The notes: generated by a model not told the origin, from the sequence alone. A DNA stretch of 64,000 nucleotides from Alphaproteobacteria bacterium (GCA_033762625.1 JANRLI010000007.1:151541-215540), one strand, 5' to 3'; positions 18,547 through 28,928 are shown, counted from the stretch's first letter. Made by a program: numbers and translations.

Positions 18547-19674
18547 TTATGCTTTGCGGGTGAAGCGTAAAATTTCTGCTTCCTGCGCAATATGCGGCAT
18601 ATCTGGTACTGACATGGCCTTGCCTTCGAACAGGCGTTCATAGGCAAGTGCGATGCGTTGCACCCATGGTTCATCGCCATTTAAATCGCGTTCCTGCACG
18701 GCGGTGGCAAAGCGTTGCAAGGTTGGAAACCGCGCGACATCGGCCCGTGCAATCAGTAATTGCTTGGCTTTGAGCAAGAATGCAAAGGGATGCAGGCGGT
18801 GTTGATCGACAATATCTGCCGCCAGCCGGTTCATGTCCTGCACGTTCAGGCGCAGCAAATGGCTCTCATGGTCGATGGGCAGGTTTAGTTTTTGCTGCGC
18901 GATGCGCAGAGCAGCATCAATGAATACCGATGTGTCGTTTAATGCGGATGAAGCGTATTGATTGTTTTCATGGCGCACGGGTTCGGCTTGCGCGCCTTCA
19001 AATGCGCTGACCGCCAAAGCATCCGACATCAAACGGGGCAGGCGGGTGGAATGGGTTGCCTGCGCGATGGTGAGGGATGCTTCAACATCACGGCGCGCCT
19101 GCGTGAGGTAGCGGATATAAAAATTGGCAAGGGTTGCGGGCAGTTCCATCTTGGCGGGGAGGAATGCGCTTTCAATATCGGAGAGAGCCGCATTGTGGGA
19201 TTGCTCGAAATACCGTATTTCCGCCGCCGAAAGCGAGGGCAGGGCGTTCAATAAATCCCACTCATTCCTGTCAATTCGTACCAGTTTGGTGAAAGCATCC
19301 ACATCGGCTTCTTCGGCAAGCTTATTGTAATGCGCGGCGGGCGCGATAGCGGTAGTTTGCTGCGCAGCACGCAAAAGCCATTGCACCAGCTTGCTTTGTT
19401 CGAATGATTTACGCTGATTATTTTTGGCATGGGGCTTCTCGCGAATAACCAGCGGCGTGACGGTGTGTTCACCGCGCCCTGTTTCAAACATGCTTTCGGG
19501 AGAAATAAGGGTGGTTTGGAAATTGCGTTGACCTGCGCAAATCAACCAGCGCCACGGCGAAGATGTTGCTGCATAAACGGTCAGTCCACCGGCAGCAAAG
19601 AACGCATCAAACTCCGCTTGCGATACATCACCCTTATAGATGGCGAGAATGGATTTGGCTGTTTCAGTCATCAA
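18547..19674 (-). CDS. hypothetical protein, 375 aa
   Basis: Long ORF with no recognisable motif. Confidence 0.45.
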   Translation of the reverse strand: MMTETAKSILAIYKGDVSQAEFDAFFAAGGLTVYAATSSPWRWLICAGQRNFQTTLISPESMFETGRGEHTVTPLVIREKPHAKNNQRKSFEQSKLVQWLLRAAQQTTAIAPAAHYNKLAEEADVDAFTKLVRIDRNEWDLLNALPSLSAAEIRYFEQSHNAALSDIESAFLPAKMELPATLANFYIRYLTQARRDVEASLTIAQATHSTRLPRLMSDALAVSAFEGAQAEPVRHENNQYASSALNDTSVFIDAALRIAQQKLNLPIDHESHLLRLNVQDMNRLAADIVDQHRLHPFAFLLKAKQLLIARADVARFPTLQRFATAVQERDLNGDEPWVQRIALAYERLFEGKAMSVPDMPHIAQEAEILRFTRKA

Positions 19675-19957
19675 TCTTCTGCGTCGAAATTTTCCTGTGA
19701 GTAGCTTCGTTCAGATTCATAATTTCTTTACCATATTTTTGTGCGTGATTCAGTGCTTCGGCCGCGCCGAGCACGCGAATTATCGCGAATGCGCAAAAGT
19801 GTTGCGCATAAGACTCACACATGACTCGGTTTCGCTGATTCAAATTTGATTCACCTGCGCAACAGTCGAGGCAATCGAGCTGCGGAAATCCGGGCTTATT
19901 TTTTGCTTAACCTTTGCGCACGACAATAGGCGGACCACATTCACATGGTTTGAGCAC

Positions 19958-21289
19958 ATGCAATCATCCGATACGCCGCAGCTTACAAAGCCAAAATCAA
20001 TCGCGCATTGGTTTGACCCGTTTTTGTTTTTGATCATTATCGTCGGGCTTTATTTGCATTTCCGCGCAAGCGAGTTCACCAATCTGGAACTCACGCAAAT
20101 TATTCTGGTCACGCTTAGTGTTGTGATGTGCGGGCTGGAAGTATTGCGTGCGCCGTGGCGCGGCACGCCGCGCCCGCAGGTTCCGTTTAACGATGTGCTT
20201 AAATCCGCCACGCTGAAATGGGTCGGCAGCATGACGGGATTGGCGGTTGTGCTGTTTTTCTGGTGGGCGCTACAGGAATATCAGCGTGCGCAATATACCC
20301 CTTTATTTGCAGTGCTTCCGCATGCTTTGCCCATCGTTCCGCCGGTTATGTTTTTAACGCATTTGTTTACCGAATGGCGCCTTGGCCCATCCGAAGGCGA
20401 TGGAAAAGATCTGGGGCTGTTCACGCTGCTGCGCTGGAAGGAAGCAAAGTGGGCGGGCATCCGCGATGAATTGCTCACATGGTTCATCAAAGGTTTTTTC
20501 TTTGCGATTAATTTTTGCGAACTTCCCAAAACGCTGAAAGTTTTCCGTGGCCGCGAAGACGCAATCTTGCAAATGCCATGGCCGCAATTGCAGCCCATGA
20601 TTGTGCTGGCCATTTATGGGCTGATTATCGCCGCGATTATGCCGGGTTATTTGTTCAGCGCGCGCATTTTCGGCACGCATATCCGCCGCATTAGCGATAC
20701 ATGGTTTGCGTATATTGTCACGCTGATATGCTATGCGCCGCTGGTATCGGGCGTGTTTGGCCGCTGGGCCAATTATCATCCGGTTACGCCGGAACCCGAA
20801 TGGATGAAGCCATGGGTTTCACAATTTCATGCGAATGAAATCATGCTCTACACCATTGGCGGCATCGTTATTATATCGGAGCTAGTGCATTATTGGGGCG
20901 AAGCCATATTCGGCGCGCGTTCATCCAATTTATGCAATCGCGGCATCATCACCGCGGGGCCATTCCATTTTTGCAAACATCCCGTCTATACATTCAAATG
21001 TGTAACATGGATTTTGGTATGGTTGCCATTTATGTCAGGCGATACCATTCTTGAATGCATACGCCTAAGCATCGCATTCTTCTTTGTGTGCGTCATATTC
21101 GGTGCGCGTGCATGGGCAGAAGAACGCATCCTTGCCGAAGATCCCGTCTATGTTCAGTACGGATTATGGATTGATAAACACGGCATATTTGCATGGGCAG
21201 GGCGCATGGTTCCACTGCTGTCTTTCGAATGGCGCTTAAACCGCTGGATAAAACGCGGTGAAATCAGTGCGGATGTGCTGCCAAAGTGA
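19958..21289 (+). CDS. polytopic membrane protein with a C-terminal isoprenylcysteine-carboxyl/phospholipid methyltransferase (ICMT/PEMT)-like domain
   Basis: About 8 predicted hydrophobic helices. The C-terminal block GIITAGPFHFCKHPVYT fits the G-x-Y/F-x-x-x-RHP-x-Y family motif. Confidence 0.6.
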   Translation: MQSSDTPQLTKPKSIAHWFDPFLFLIIIVGLYLHFRASEFTNLELTQIILVTLSVVMCGLEVLRAPWRGTPRPQVPFNDVLKSATLKWVGSMTGLAVVLFFWWALQEYQRAQYTPLFAVLPHALPIVPPVMFLTHLFTEWRLGPSEGDGKDLGLFTLLRWKEAKWAGIRDELLTWFIKGFFFAINFCELPKTLKVFRGREDAILQMPWPQLQPMIVLAIYGLIIAAIMPGYLFSARIFGTHIRRISDTWFAYIVTLICYAPLVSGVFGRWANYHPVTPEPEWMKPWVSQFHANEIMLYTIGGIVIISELVHYWGEAIFGARSSNLCNRGIITAGPFHFCKHPVYTFKCVTWILVWLPFMSGDTILECIRLSIAFFFVCVIFGARAWAEERILAEDPVYVQYGLWIDKHGIFAWAGRMVPLLSFEWRLNRWIKRGEISADVLPK

Positions 21290-21317
21290 GTTTTAGCGCA
21301 TTCATCGGCGTCACAAA

Positions 21318-21361
21318 CTAATTTGTTAAATGAAGAAGTTTTAAAAAACTAATTTGTTAAA
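21318..21361 (+). promoter_or_regulatory. 15-bp direct repeat AACTAATTTGTTAAA (x2) in the AT-rich leader upstream of 21552
   Basis: caaactaatttgttaaatgaag ... aaaaactaatttgttaaaactt, with copies spaced 29 bp apart. Confidence 0.4.
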
Positions 21362-21551
21362 ACTTAAGTTTGTTTTACCACGCTACGCCAATTCCTTTTG
21401 TGTTCATTAACAACGCGTAAAATCCATCCCGAAATTAAGAAAATAGATACCGCAATAACGCAATATTACCAGTGTCTCGCAGCATTTTTGCGGGAAGTTT
21501 TTTATGCGCATGTTGTGCAGATTTTTTTATTTTTTGTGAGTTGAATTTTTT

Positions 21552-23165
21552 ATGGCTTTTGGTGACGCACCAGAAAACATTTACAGATTTCCAGTGCACC
21601 GTGCACGTGCGGGTGCGCGCGTCGGCATTCGCGTAACCGGGCTTGATCCAGACCAGAACCGCAATCTTCCCGAGCGCGAGCGTTACCCCATCAGCAATGA
21701 ACGCCGCAATGAAATCATCAATTTCCATCTTGCGGCCATCAATTCCATTCGCGCTGCAAAAGGCCTGCCTGCTTTGGCGGGCGCCGATTTGAACAAGGTA
21801 TTAGCGGCGGCATACCAAACCGATAACCCCAGCTCTGAATCCATTATGCAGGCGGTTATCGCCGCCGCCAGCGCCGCATTGCCGGATAATACCAAACAGG
21901 CATTCCTTGATAACCTGAAAGCCCAAGGCGTGACCGAAGAACAATATAACACGGCCCTTGCGCGTTATGGCACCTTCCCAAGCCTTGAAGCGGCCATCTT
22001 TGCCGCGCGCAGTGTGGGCAATGGCGGCACGGTGGGAAGCATTGATAACACCACCACCGCATCGAATGGCAGCTATCCGAATTACGGCGGCACCCCATTC
22101 CGCGATTATGGAAGCTATGCATCCTATGGTCATTCAACCTATGGGTTTAATGCTGCAACATCGCAGCAATTATGGGGCCTTGGCGTTCATACCAGAGAAC
22201 AAATGCAACAGGTCGTGAATGATGTGGGCCGCATTGGGTTGGGTGCGGGCAAAGAAAATCCGCATTTCACCAACAAAGTTGCACCGCATGTTGCGCGCTT
22301 GCGTATTCACGAAGGCGCTGATACTGACCGTCACCTTGATCATGCCAGACGCCACGCAGAAGAATATAGAAGGATCAAAAAAGCACGCCTAGACGCAGAA
22401 AAGCGCGGTGATGCCACAGCCATGGCCGAGGCAGACAGGCAATTGGCTGAATTGCATAAACAGCGCGAGCAGTATAATCGTGATCAGGTTCGCACGCCGG
22501 AAGGCCGCACGGCGCATGATAAGATTGTTACAGAAACTGAAAACGAAGTTCGCAGACAATTACGCTTGCAACATGGAAATCATCCATCACTTGGAGATAA
22601 TTATGATGCTGAAGCAATTAGGCGCGCTTATGAAGCGCAAAGAAACAGGATTGGTCAAGGCCATGACGTTGCTGCAATTGAAAAACTCAAATCTGAAGTT
22701 GAAGCAGAACAAAGGCGAATTCTTGCAGAACGCCATCGCTTGCATCCAGAACTTGCAGGGCATTTTACTCCATCCGCTCGCCCAGAGGTTCTGGCAGAGA
22801 GAAGGGGTGTGCCGACAACGGCAACGCCTAGTGCAACACCAACTCTTAGTGCCGTAGAACGTAGAGAAATCGCAACTGTTCAATCTGCATTAGATGAATT
22901 TGGTGCTGTACCAAGTGCAACGGTTCGTGCTGATGCTCCATTGGCAACCCCTTCATCCACAGTTGCTGCCGGAACACCAACTGGCACGCCATCCGCAACG
23001 GCGGTCGCCCAAAATACAGCTGGCACGCCTAGCGGTTCACCTTCCGCAACCGTGGTTGCGCAAAGCACAGCCACTGCAACAGCATCAACCGCCGCGGCCG
23101 CAGATAAAAAACCGAACCAGCAGGTCGCCGCCAGAGTTGTGCCCGCAGGTCCAAAACCAACTTAG
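21552..23165 (+). CDS. large low-complexity hypothetical protein with a charged coiled-coil-like middle and C-terminal T/P/S/A tandem repeats
   Basis: 537 aa. An R/E/Q-rich segment spans roughly residues 250-400. The C-terminus repeats GTPSATAVAQNTAGTPSGSPSATVVAQSTATATAS. No signal peptide is evident at the annotated start, which is uncertain. Confidence 0.45.
   Translation: MAFGDAPENIYRFPVHRARAGARVGIRVTGLDPDQNRNLPERERYPISNERRNEIINFHLAAINSIRAAKGLPALAGADLNKVLAAAYQTDNPSSESIMQAVIAAASAALPDNTKQAFLDNLKAQGVTEEQYNTALARYGTFPSLEAAIFAARSVGNGGTVGSIDNTTTASNGSYPNYGGTPFRDYGSYASYGHSTYGFNAATSQQLWGLGVHTREQMQQVVNDVGRIGLGAGKENPHFTNKVAPHVARLRIHEGADTDRHLDHARRHAEEYRRIKKARLDAEKRGDATAMAEADRQLAELHKQREQYNRDQVRTPEGRTAHDKIVTETENEVRRQLRLQHGNHPSLGDNYDAEAIRRAYEAQRNRIGQGHDVAAIEKLKSEVEAEQRRILAERHRLHPELAGHFTPSARPEVLAERRGVPTTATPSATPTLSAVERREIATVQSALDEFGAVPSATVRADAPLATPSSTVAAGTPTGTPSATAVAQNTAGTPSGSPSATVVAQSTATATASTAAAADKKPNQQVAARVVPAGPKPT
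22960..23090 (+). repeat. imperfect ~45-bp tandem nucleotide repeats encoding the TPSAT-VAQ peptide repeats
   Basis: ggcacgccatccgcaacggcggtcgcccaaaatacagct is followed by ggcacgcctagcggttcaccttccgcaaccgtggttgcgcaaagcacagcc. Confidence 0.5.
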
Positions 23166-23176
23166 ATCTAGATTAC

Positions 23177-23728
23177 TTATTTCTTATTTTCTGCTAAAAC
23201 CGGGCCGGGACGCTCAAGGGTCGATGTACGTCGTGTTGCCTGATAGGCAGGGCCATATGCTGTGGGGCTGTTTGGAATAACGCCAGCACCTACCATCAAT
23301 GTGCGGAATGCGTCTTCATCACTTGAATTCACAACTCGAATTTTTGCATCATCTTTGTCTAAACCATTAACATATCGTGCATAGTTAGATAGCGTTTCTT
23401 CGCTTACTCGAACCAACACCCTTTGTAATTCAGGGTCTCTGTTGTACTTCTTCAAGGATTCGATGAATAAAATAACTTTCAGACGGACCGTTTCAGGCAC
23501 TTCACCAGCTTGGTGAGTGGATACCAGCGTTATTACCCTACGCATTTTTGCGTTATAGGCGTCTAGTGCAGCTTGATCTCTAAATGCCGGAGGCAAGCCA
23601 TTTGGTACAGCATTAATCTGTGTAGGGGGGATGGCACTGCCTTGCGCAAAGACTTCGGTTGCTGACATCGCGAAGATTGCAAGGGCTGCTGCTGTTGTAA
23701 GCGCAACGTCGCGGATACTAATCGACAT
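23177..23728 (-). CDS. secreted hypothetical protein, paralog 1 of a tandem pair
   Basis: Signal peptide MSISIRDVALTTAAALAIFAMSATEVFAQG. It shares the conserved core KMRRV...YNRDP.LQR.LV..SE.TL.NYA..VN..D..DAKIRVVNS..ED.FRTLMV..GVIPN..TAYGPAYQ with 24053-24577. Confidence 0.5.
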   Translation of the reverse strand: MSISIRDVALTTAAALAIFAMSATEVFAQGSAIPPTQINAVPNGLPPAFRDQAALDAYNAKMRRVITLVSTHQAGEVPETVRLKVILFIESLKKYNRDPELQRVLVRVSEETLSNYARYVNGLDKDDAKIRVVNSSDEDAFRTLMVGAGVIPNSPTAYGPAYQATRRTSTLERPGPVLAENKK

Positions 23729-24052
23729 GATAAACTCCCAGCCAAAAAAGTTACTTTTTGCTTTGATAAGGCCAGAAAATAGTAACTATTTGCCCTGATT
23801 ACTGCCATAGAAAAGTAAAACTCCAAGGTATTGGATTCTTTACTGTTTTCATTACTGATTAGTTTCAAGCCAATATATATGACCAAAATGGTTAGTTTTA
23901 AGGCAGGGTAACAGTAATCACTACTAAACGAGTCCAGAATTACTTGGCTAGTGAAAAATGCTCATCGCGCGGAAATATTTCTGCACAAAAAAATTGCGCA
24001 AAAAATATTTTTTAAAAAATAGTGACGGAAAATTTATCTGGAAAAACCGCGC

Positions 24053-24577
24053 CTAATTTTTTGGCGCATCTTTGAGCGCAGGATTTATGAGCTGTCTTTT
24101 TCCATCAGGCGCCGTGGGTTGATATGCAGGGCCATATGCTGTTTCTGTATTTGGAATGACGCCGTTCGCAACCATTAATGTACGGAAGTTATCTTCATAT
24201 GTTGAGTTAACAACTCTAATTTTTGCATCGTTTGGATCTCGGCAATTAACAAAGTTAGCGTAATTAATCAGGGTAGATTCGCTTATGTTAACAAGCAGAC
24301 GTTGCAGTACAGGGTCTCTGTTGTATTTAATAATTGCATCCGAAAAAGCTATCATACGAATATTGCAAACTTCAGGTAACTGCTGTGCAGGAACATTCCT
24401 CACCTGCGCTACTACTCTGCGCATCTTAGCTTTGTATTCATTTTCTGCCGCAGCATCCTTGAAAGTTGGCGGTAATGCTGTGCTTTGTCCTGATACTTCT
24501 GTCGATGAAAGGGCAAATAACGCCAATGCAGCGGCGGTGGCAAGCGCAGCCTTGCGAAGTGAAATGGCCATCATCAT
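24053..24577 (-). CDS. secreted hypothetical protein, paralog 2
   Basis: Signal peptide MAISLRKAALATAAALALFALSSTEVSGQ. It shares the same conserved core as 23177-23728. Confidence 0.5.
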   Translation of the reverse strand: MMMAISLRKAALATAAALALFALSSTEVSGQSTALPPTFKDAAAENEYKAKMRRVVAQVRNVPAQQLPEVCNIRMIAFSDAIIKYNRDPVLQRLLVNISESTLINYANFVNCRDPNDAKIRVVNSTYEDNFRTLMVANGVIPNTETAYGPAYQPTAPDGKRQLINPALKDAPKN

Positions 24578-24604
24578 CTCCCGATAAAAATTACTTATAA
24601 AAAA

Positions 24605-24796
24605 TTATTTATATAAACGCTTCCCGAAGGTAAGCCAGAACCCGCTAATCAACAACAGCGGGGTTGAAACCCATTGCACCACCGCGAACATATGCGGCAC
24701 GTCGTGCAATGGCGTGTAAATAAACGATAACTGGAATATCGCAATCGCAATGTGCAGGTTGGCGGCCAGATTGCGGGATGTTTTAAAACTGATCAT
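24605..24796 (-). CDS. small membrane protein, 63 aa, two predicted transmembrane helices
   Basis: Two hydrophobic helices. The coding call is weak. Confidence 0.3.
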   Translation of the reverse strand: MISFKTSRNLAANLHIAIAIFQLSFIYTPLHDVPHMFAVVQWVSTPLLLISGFWLTFGKRLYK

Positions 24797-24820
24797 CGAT
24801 GGTTCCCGTTAATCCCATAA

Positions 24821-25153
24821 CTAATCCCATATCACCGGCACGGATGCGCTGAACTGCTTTGACCCGTCATCATCCACCACGCTGAAATACAGCGCTGCGG
24901 GTTTGTCGGTTTCCAGTGCAATCATGTACTGGGATGACAGAATGTTTTGCAAGTGCATTTTTGCCGCACCGCTTTGCACCACGATGCCACCGGCATCGAC
25001 GCGGGCGGAAAGGGTTTGCAGCGGATTATCAAGAAACGGGGCAGGGGCCTGACTGACGATCAAAAGCCATTCGCCCTTCGCATTGCGGACAAGTTCGAAA
25101 TCACTGATGGTCAGCGCTTCAAAACCTTGTGCCGCAGTGGAAGGGCGGTTCAT
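24821..25153 (-). CDS. hypothetical protein, 110 aa
   Basis: ORF immediately upstream of rplI on the same strand. No motif found. Confidence 0.4.
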   Translation of the reverse strand: MNRPSTAAQGFEALTISDFELVRNAKGEWLLIVSQAPAPFLDNPLQTLSARVDAGGIVVQSGAAKMHLQNILSSQYMIALETDKPAALYFSVVDDDGSKQFSASVPVIWD

Positions 25154-25156
25154 GGA

Positions 25157-25768
25157 TTAGCCTTCGGATTTAGCTTCAGCAGCTGGTGCAGCAGCCAGTT
25201 CTTCAGGTGGCTTTTCAAAGAAGCTTTCCGCGTTGATTTCTGCTTCAGCTTTTTTGTCTTCAGCAGCATTTTCGCGGCGCATCGCAGCCTTGCCAGTCTT
25301 TTCCTGGATCTTGGCTTCGTCTTCGGTGCGGGCGATGTTCAGCGTAATGGTCACGCTGACGTCGGCATGCAGCTTCACTGGGATTTGGAATACACCAATC
25401 GTTTTAATTGGCGCCGCCAACATAATGTATTGGCGTTCCACGGTGAACCCACCGGCCTTGATAAGCTCGGCGATATCACGAACGGTAACCGAACCGAACA
25501 ACTGGCCGACTTCCGACGCCTGACGAATGGTGGTGAACTTCTTGCCATCAAGGTTCTTACCTGATTTTTCAGCAGCGGCCTTGGCAGCAGCGTTTGCTGC
25601 TTCGATTTCACTGCGCTTGGCTTCAAAGTAAGCAAGGTTTTCCTTGGTCGCGCGCAGCGCTTTCTTCTTTGGCAGAAGGAAGTTACGTGCATAGCCGGGC
25701 TTAACCTTCACCACGGTTCCGATTTGACCGATACGGCCAACTTTTTCGAGTAGAATTACTTCAATCAT
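25157..25768 (-). CDS. rplI: 50S ribosomal protein L9 with a C-terminal extension
   Basis: [33 protein letters not shown] is canonical L9. About 50 extra C-terminal residues are A/E/K-rich. Confidence 0.9.
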   Translation of the reverse strand: MIEVILLEKVGRIGQIGTVVKVKPGYARNFLLPKKKALRATKENLAYFEAKRSEIEAANAAAKAAAEKSGKNLDGKKFTTIRQASEVGQLFGSVTVRDIAELIKAGGFTVERQYIMLAAPIKTIGVFQIPVKLHADVSVTITLNIARTEDEAKIQEKTGKAAMRRENAAEDKKAEAEINAESFFEKPPEELAAAPAAEAKSEG

Positions 25769-26082
25769 GAGAAGTCTCCTGATTCACGAGCGTAAGGCAA
25801 CAACGCCATGAAACGCGCGCGCTTGATTGCGTTTGCGAGATCACGTTGGTGATGCGTGGATACGGCAGAAATGCGGCTTGGCACAATTTTTCCGCGTTCG
25901 GAAATGTAACGGCCAAGCAGCTTCACGTCTTTCCAGTCCAGCTTTGGTGCGTGGATGCTGTTGAACGGGCAAGTCTTGCGACGACGGAAGAATGGACGAC
26001 GACCGCCGCCACCTGCACCTGCTGGTGCGCCTTCTTCTGCATTTGCGGCTGCACCGCGGGTATTTTCACGTTCGCGTCTCAT
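25765..26082 (-). CDS. rpsR: 30S ribosomal protein S18
   Basis: [60 protein letters not shown]. It overlaps rplI by 4 nt. Confidence 0.9.
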   Translation of the reverse strand: MRRERENTRGAAANAEEGAPAGAGGGGRRPFFRRRKTCPFNSIHAPKLDWKDVKLLGRYISERGKIVPSRISAVSTHHQRDLANAIKRARFMALLPYARESGDFS

Positions 26083-26519
26083 GCTGCGTCTCCTTCTTCG
26101 CTACGTTGTGGGCGAGGGCGGAAGCCACGATCACCACCTCTGTCACCACCGCGGCTTGGACGATCGCCAAAACCGGTTGATGGGCGTTCATCATCATTGG
26201 CGCGGCGAAGAATAGCCGATGGGCCTTCTTCGTGTTCATCAACGCGGATGGTCATGTAACGCATCACGTCATCATGAATACGCATGGTGCGTTCCATTTC
26301 GGTGATAGCCGCCGCAGGCGCATCAATATTGATGAGCGTGTAATGGCCTTTTTTGTTTTTGTTGATGCGGTAGGCGAGTGTGCGAAGACCCCATTGTTCG
26401 GTCTTGGTCACTTTACCACCTTGGGCTTTCAGTGTTGTTTCGATTTCGCCCGTAAGCGTCTCGACTTGTGCAGGCGTTAAATCCTGCCGTGCGATAAACA
26501 CGGTTTCATATAGAGGCAT
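26079..26519 (-). CDS. rpsF: 30S ribosomal protein S6
   Basis: [20 protein letters not shown]... starts at an internal ATG at 26519. The ORF-table start at 26639 is upstream of the real start. The C-terminus is an RGG/D-rich tail. Confidence 0.9.
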   Translation of the reverse strand: MPLYETVFIARQDLTPAQVETLTGEIETTLKAQGGKVTKTEQWGLRTLAYRINKNKKGHYTLINIDAPAAAITEMERTMRIHDDVMRYMTIRVDEHEEGPSAILRRANDDERPSTGFGDRPSRGGDRGGDRGFRPRPQRSEEGDAA

Positions 26520-26823
26520 GTTATATTCCCTATGGATGCTCAGGTAAGTACGAGATTTTAATATCCCGCCTAACCATAGCTCACAGCGACCACCGCCATG
26601 AGCAAGGATGGCCGTGTTTATAGAGGTTTGAAGCGCCATCTGTAAAGCAAAAAGGCCTATAGAAATAAGTGTTATATATCAGGCCTTTGCACAAAATGTT
26701 TCACGTGAAACACACGTTAAAATTGAAGAGTCTGAAAAACCAAGATGAAACTTGACGTGAAATGGCGTGAGGCCTACATCATCCCGCAAGTTTGGTATTT
26801 TTAAAAAGTAGGACGAATACGTT

Positions 26824-27354
26824 ATGGAAATTAAAAAAATTCCGATTGGAAAAAATCCACCGGATGAAGTGAATGTGATTATTGAAATTCCCCAAGGCGG
26901 CAATCCGATTAAGTATGAATTCGATAAAGAAAGCGGCGCAATATTCGTCGATCGCTTTTTGCATACATCAATGGTTTACCCAAGCAATTACGGGTTTATT
27001 CCCCACACGCTTTCGGCCGATGGCGATCCGGTTGACGCGTTGGTTGTGTGCCAGATGCCGGTGGTGCCGGGCGCGGTTATTCGTTCGCGTCCGATTGGCG
27101 CATTGCTGATGGAAGATGAATCCGGCGGCGATGAAAAAATTCTGATGGTGCCGGTTGACAAGCTGCACCCGTTCTATTCCAAAGTGCAGTCGTATAAGGA
27201 TTTGCCGCAAAGCTTATGCGAGCAAATTGCGCATTTCTTCCAACATTACAAAGACCTTGAAAAAGGCAAATGGGTGAAGATTGTGCAATGGGTTGGCCCC
27301 GATGAAGCCAAGGCGCTGATTGCCAAAGGCATTGCCGACGCTGCTAAAAAATAG
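26824..27354 (+). CDS. ppa: inorganic pyrophosphatase
   Basis: 176 aa with the motifs IEIPQGGNPIKYEFDKESGAIFVDRFL and DGDPVDALV. Confidence 0.9.
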   Translation: MEIKKIPIGKNPPDEVNVIIEIPQGGNPIKYEFDKESGAIFVDRFLHTSMVYPSNYGFIPHTLSADGDPVDALVVCQMPVVPGAVIRSRPIGALLMEDESGGDEKILMVPVDKLHPFYSKVQSYKDLPQSLCEQIAHFFQHYKDLEKGKWVKIVQWVGPDEAKALIAKGIADAAKK

Positions 27355-27462
27355 CCATTTGGCCAACTTTTTGCGGCTGAAAGTAAAATTAGTCTGTATA
27401 TGAAGGTGCCTTTTCTAATAACTATAGGCGCAGATTTAAGATGATATTTTACGGCATTATAA

Positions 27463-28923
27463 ATGGCGACCGACGAACAGCACACATACCGACAAGGCAT
27501 TTCGTATTGGTTTGAAGCAGAAGATGCTTTGCAGGGCTATTTTCAGCATATCGCCGAACAGCATTTCCCCTATGACCCGCAAAAAGCAGCGCAACTGGTA
27601 GATTGCCTTGGCCAAGCCTTGCTGCCGGTGGTTGCAAAAACAGGCCGCGTTGAAAATCACGAAAAGCGCACCCCGCGATATTTAAAAGCCATGGAAGAGT
27701 GGAGCGCATTATCGGCAGAATTTGTGCACGCAGGTTATGAAATGACCAGCTTCATGAACCGTGTGAAGCGCGAATTGCGCAAATCGATGGGATTTGAAGG
27801 TGATTTCAAAGTGCAGCAATACAGCCTTGATCTGATTATCGATTGGCTGGTGGAAGCGGTAGATAAGCAAAAGCATTGGTTGTTCAGTTATGATGCATTG
27901 GGCCGGATTGATTTATTCAATCATGCCAAACAGCAGGGGCCAGCCTTGCTTAAGCTAGCCAACGCCGATTTCAAAGGGTTCCGTATGGTGGGATTGGCGC
28001 GCGGGCTTGATTATGAAACCGTCAATCTCAATGGACGCCCAGCCGTTACAAAAGACGGGCTGCGTTTTGTAAAGATTAAATCAATTGCAGCACTTGATAA
28101 AGCCGGAAAAGATTTACAGAACTGCCTGCGCAACAAACCGCGTGATAATGAATTGCACCTGGACTACCAATCATTATTCCAGTCGGGTAGGGTGGAATTT
28201 ATTGCGCTGTGCGGCGCACAGGGTGACATTCATGGTCTGCTTAGCGTTCAAAATGGCGTTATTCAGGAAGCCAGCGGCAAACAAAGCGAATTGCTTGGCA
28301 GAAAATACATGGCTGCGATTATTGATTTTGCCACGGACCTTGGACTGGATACGACAGAACACGTGTACCGCACAGGAATTGTAAAAACGACCAGTGGGCT
28401 TGTCAGTTACCTTGATTTGGTGGACAGGCACCGCCACACCACGCTGCATGTGGCGGGCGATTTGTTGTTAAACAAGATGCGCAGGTCATATGAGACGCAC
28501 CGCTTGCCATTTGCCCTTCATAATATACGGGTTGATGGTGTTTTGTTCATGCATGATTGCGCAGTTCAGGCAATGAGCCATGTTTTCGCGAACACGATTG
28601 CCGCGCTGGGATGCACACTCTTGAAAGAAATTAGCGCAACGGTTTATGCGGGCACATTAATTACCGACCGTTCGCCTGCCGACATGCAGTTGGAAACGCA
28701 GCCCGACCGTGCAAGCACGAATATCAATCTGGTCAAAATTTGCAGACCGTTTGAGGTGGGCCAGAAGGGGTATGACGTGGTTCAGATCATGACCGGCGAA
28801 GCCTTTGCCGAGTTGCATAGCAGCGGTAATGCGTTTTTACGCGACTACCGCGAAAAACTGGCCAAGCGCCCTGCGTTGGAAACCATTTTCCACGAGATTA
28901 CATTCCCGCCATCGTTGAGATAA
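27463..28923 (+). CDS. hypothetical cytoplasmic protein, 486 aa
   Basis: Long ORF ending 5 nt before a strong terminator hairpin. No motif recognised. Confidence 0.5.
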   Translation: MATDEQHTYRQGISYWFEAEDALQGYFQHIAEQHFPYDPQKAAQLVDCLGQALLPVVAKTGRVENHEKRTPRYLKAMEEWSALSAEFVHAGYEMTSFMNRVKRELRKSMGFEGDFKVQQYSLDLIIDWLVEAVDKQKHWLFSYDALGRIDLFNHAKQQGPALLKLANADFKGFRMVGLARGLDYETVNLNGRPAVTKDGLRFVKIKSIAALDKAGKDLQNCLRNKPRDNELHLDYQSLFQSGRVEFIALCGAQGDIHGLLSVQNGVIQEASGKQSELLGRKYMAAIIDFATDLGLDTTEHVYRTGIVKTTSGLVSYLDLVDRHRHTTLHVAGDLLLNKMRRSYETHRLPFALHNIRVDGVLFMHDCAVQAMSHVFANTIAALGCTLLKEISATVYAGTLITDRSPADMQLETQPDRASTNINLVKICRPFEVGQKGYDVVQIMTGEAFAELHSSGNAFLRDYREKLAKRPALETIFHEITFPPSLR

Positions 28924-28928
28924 AAAAA

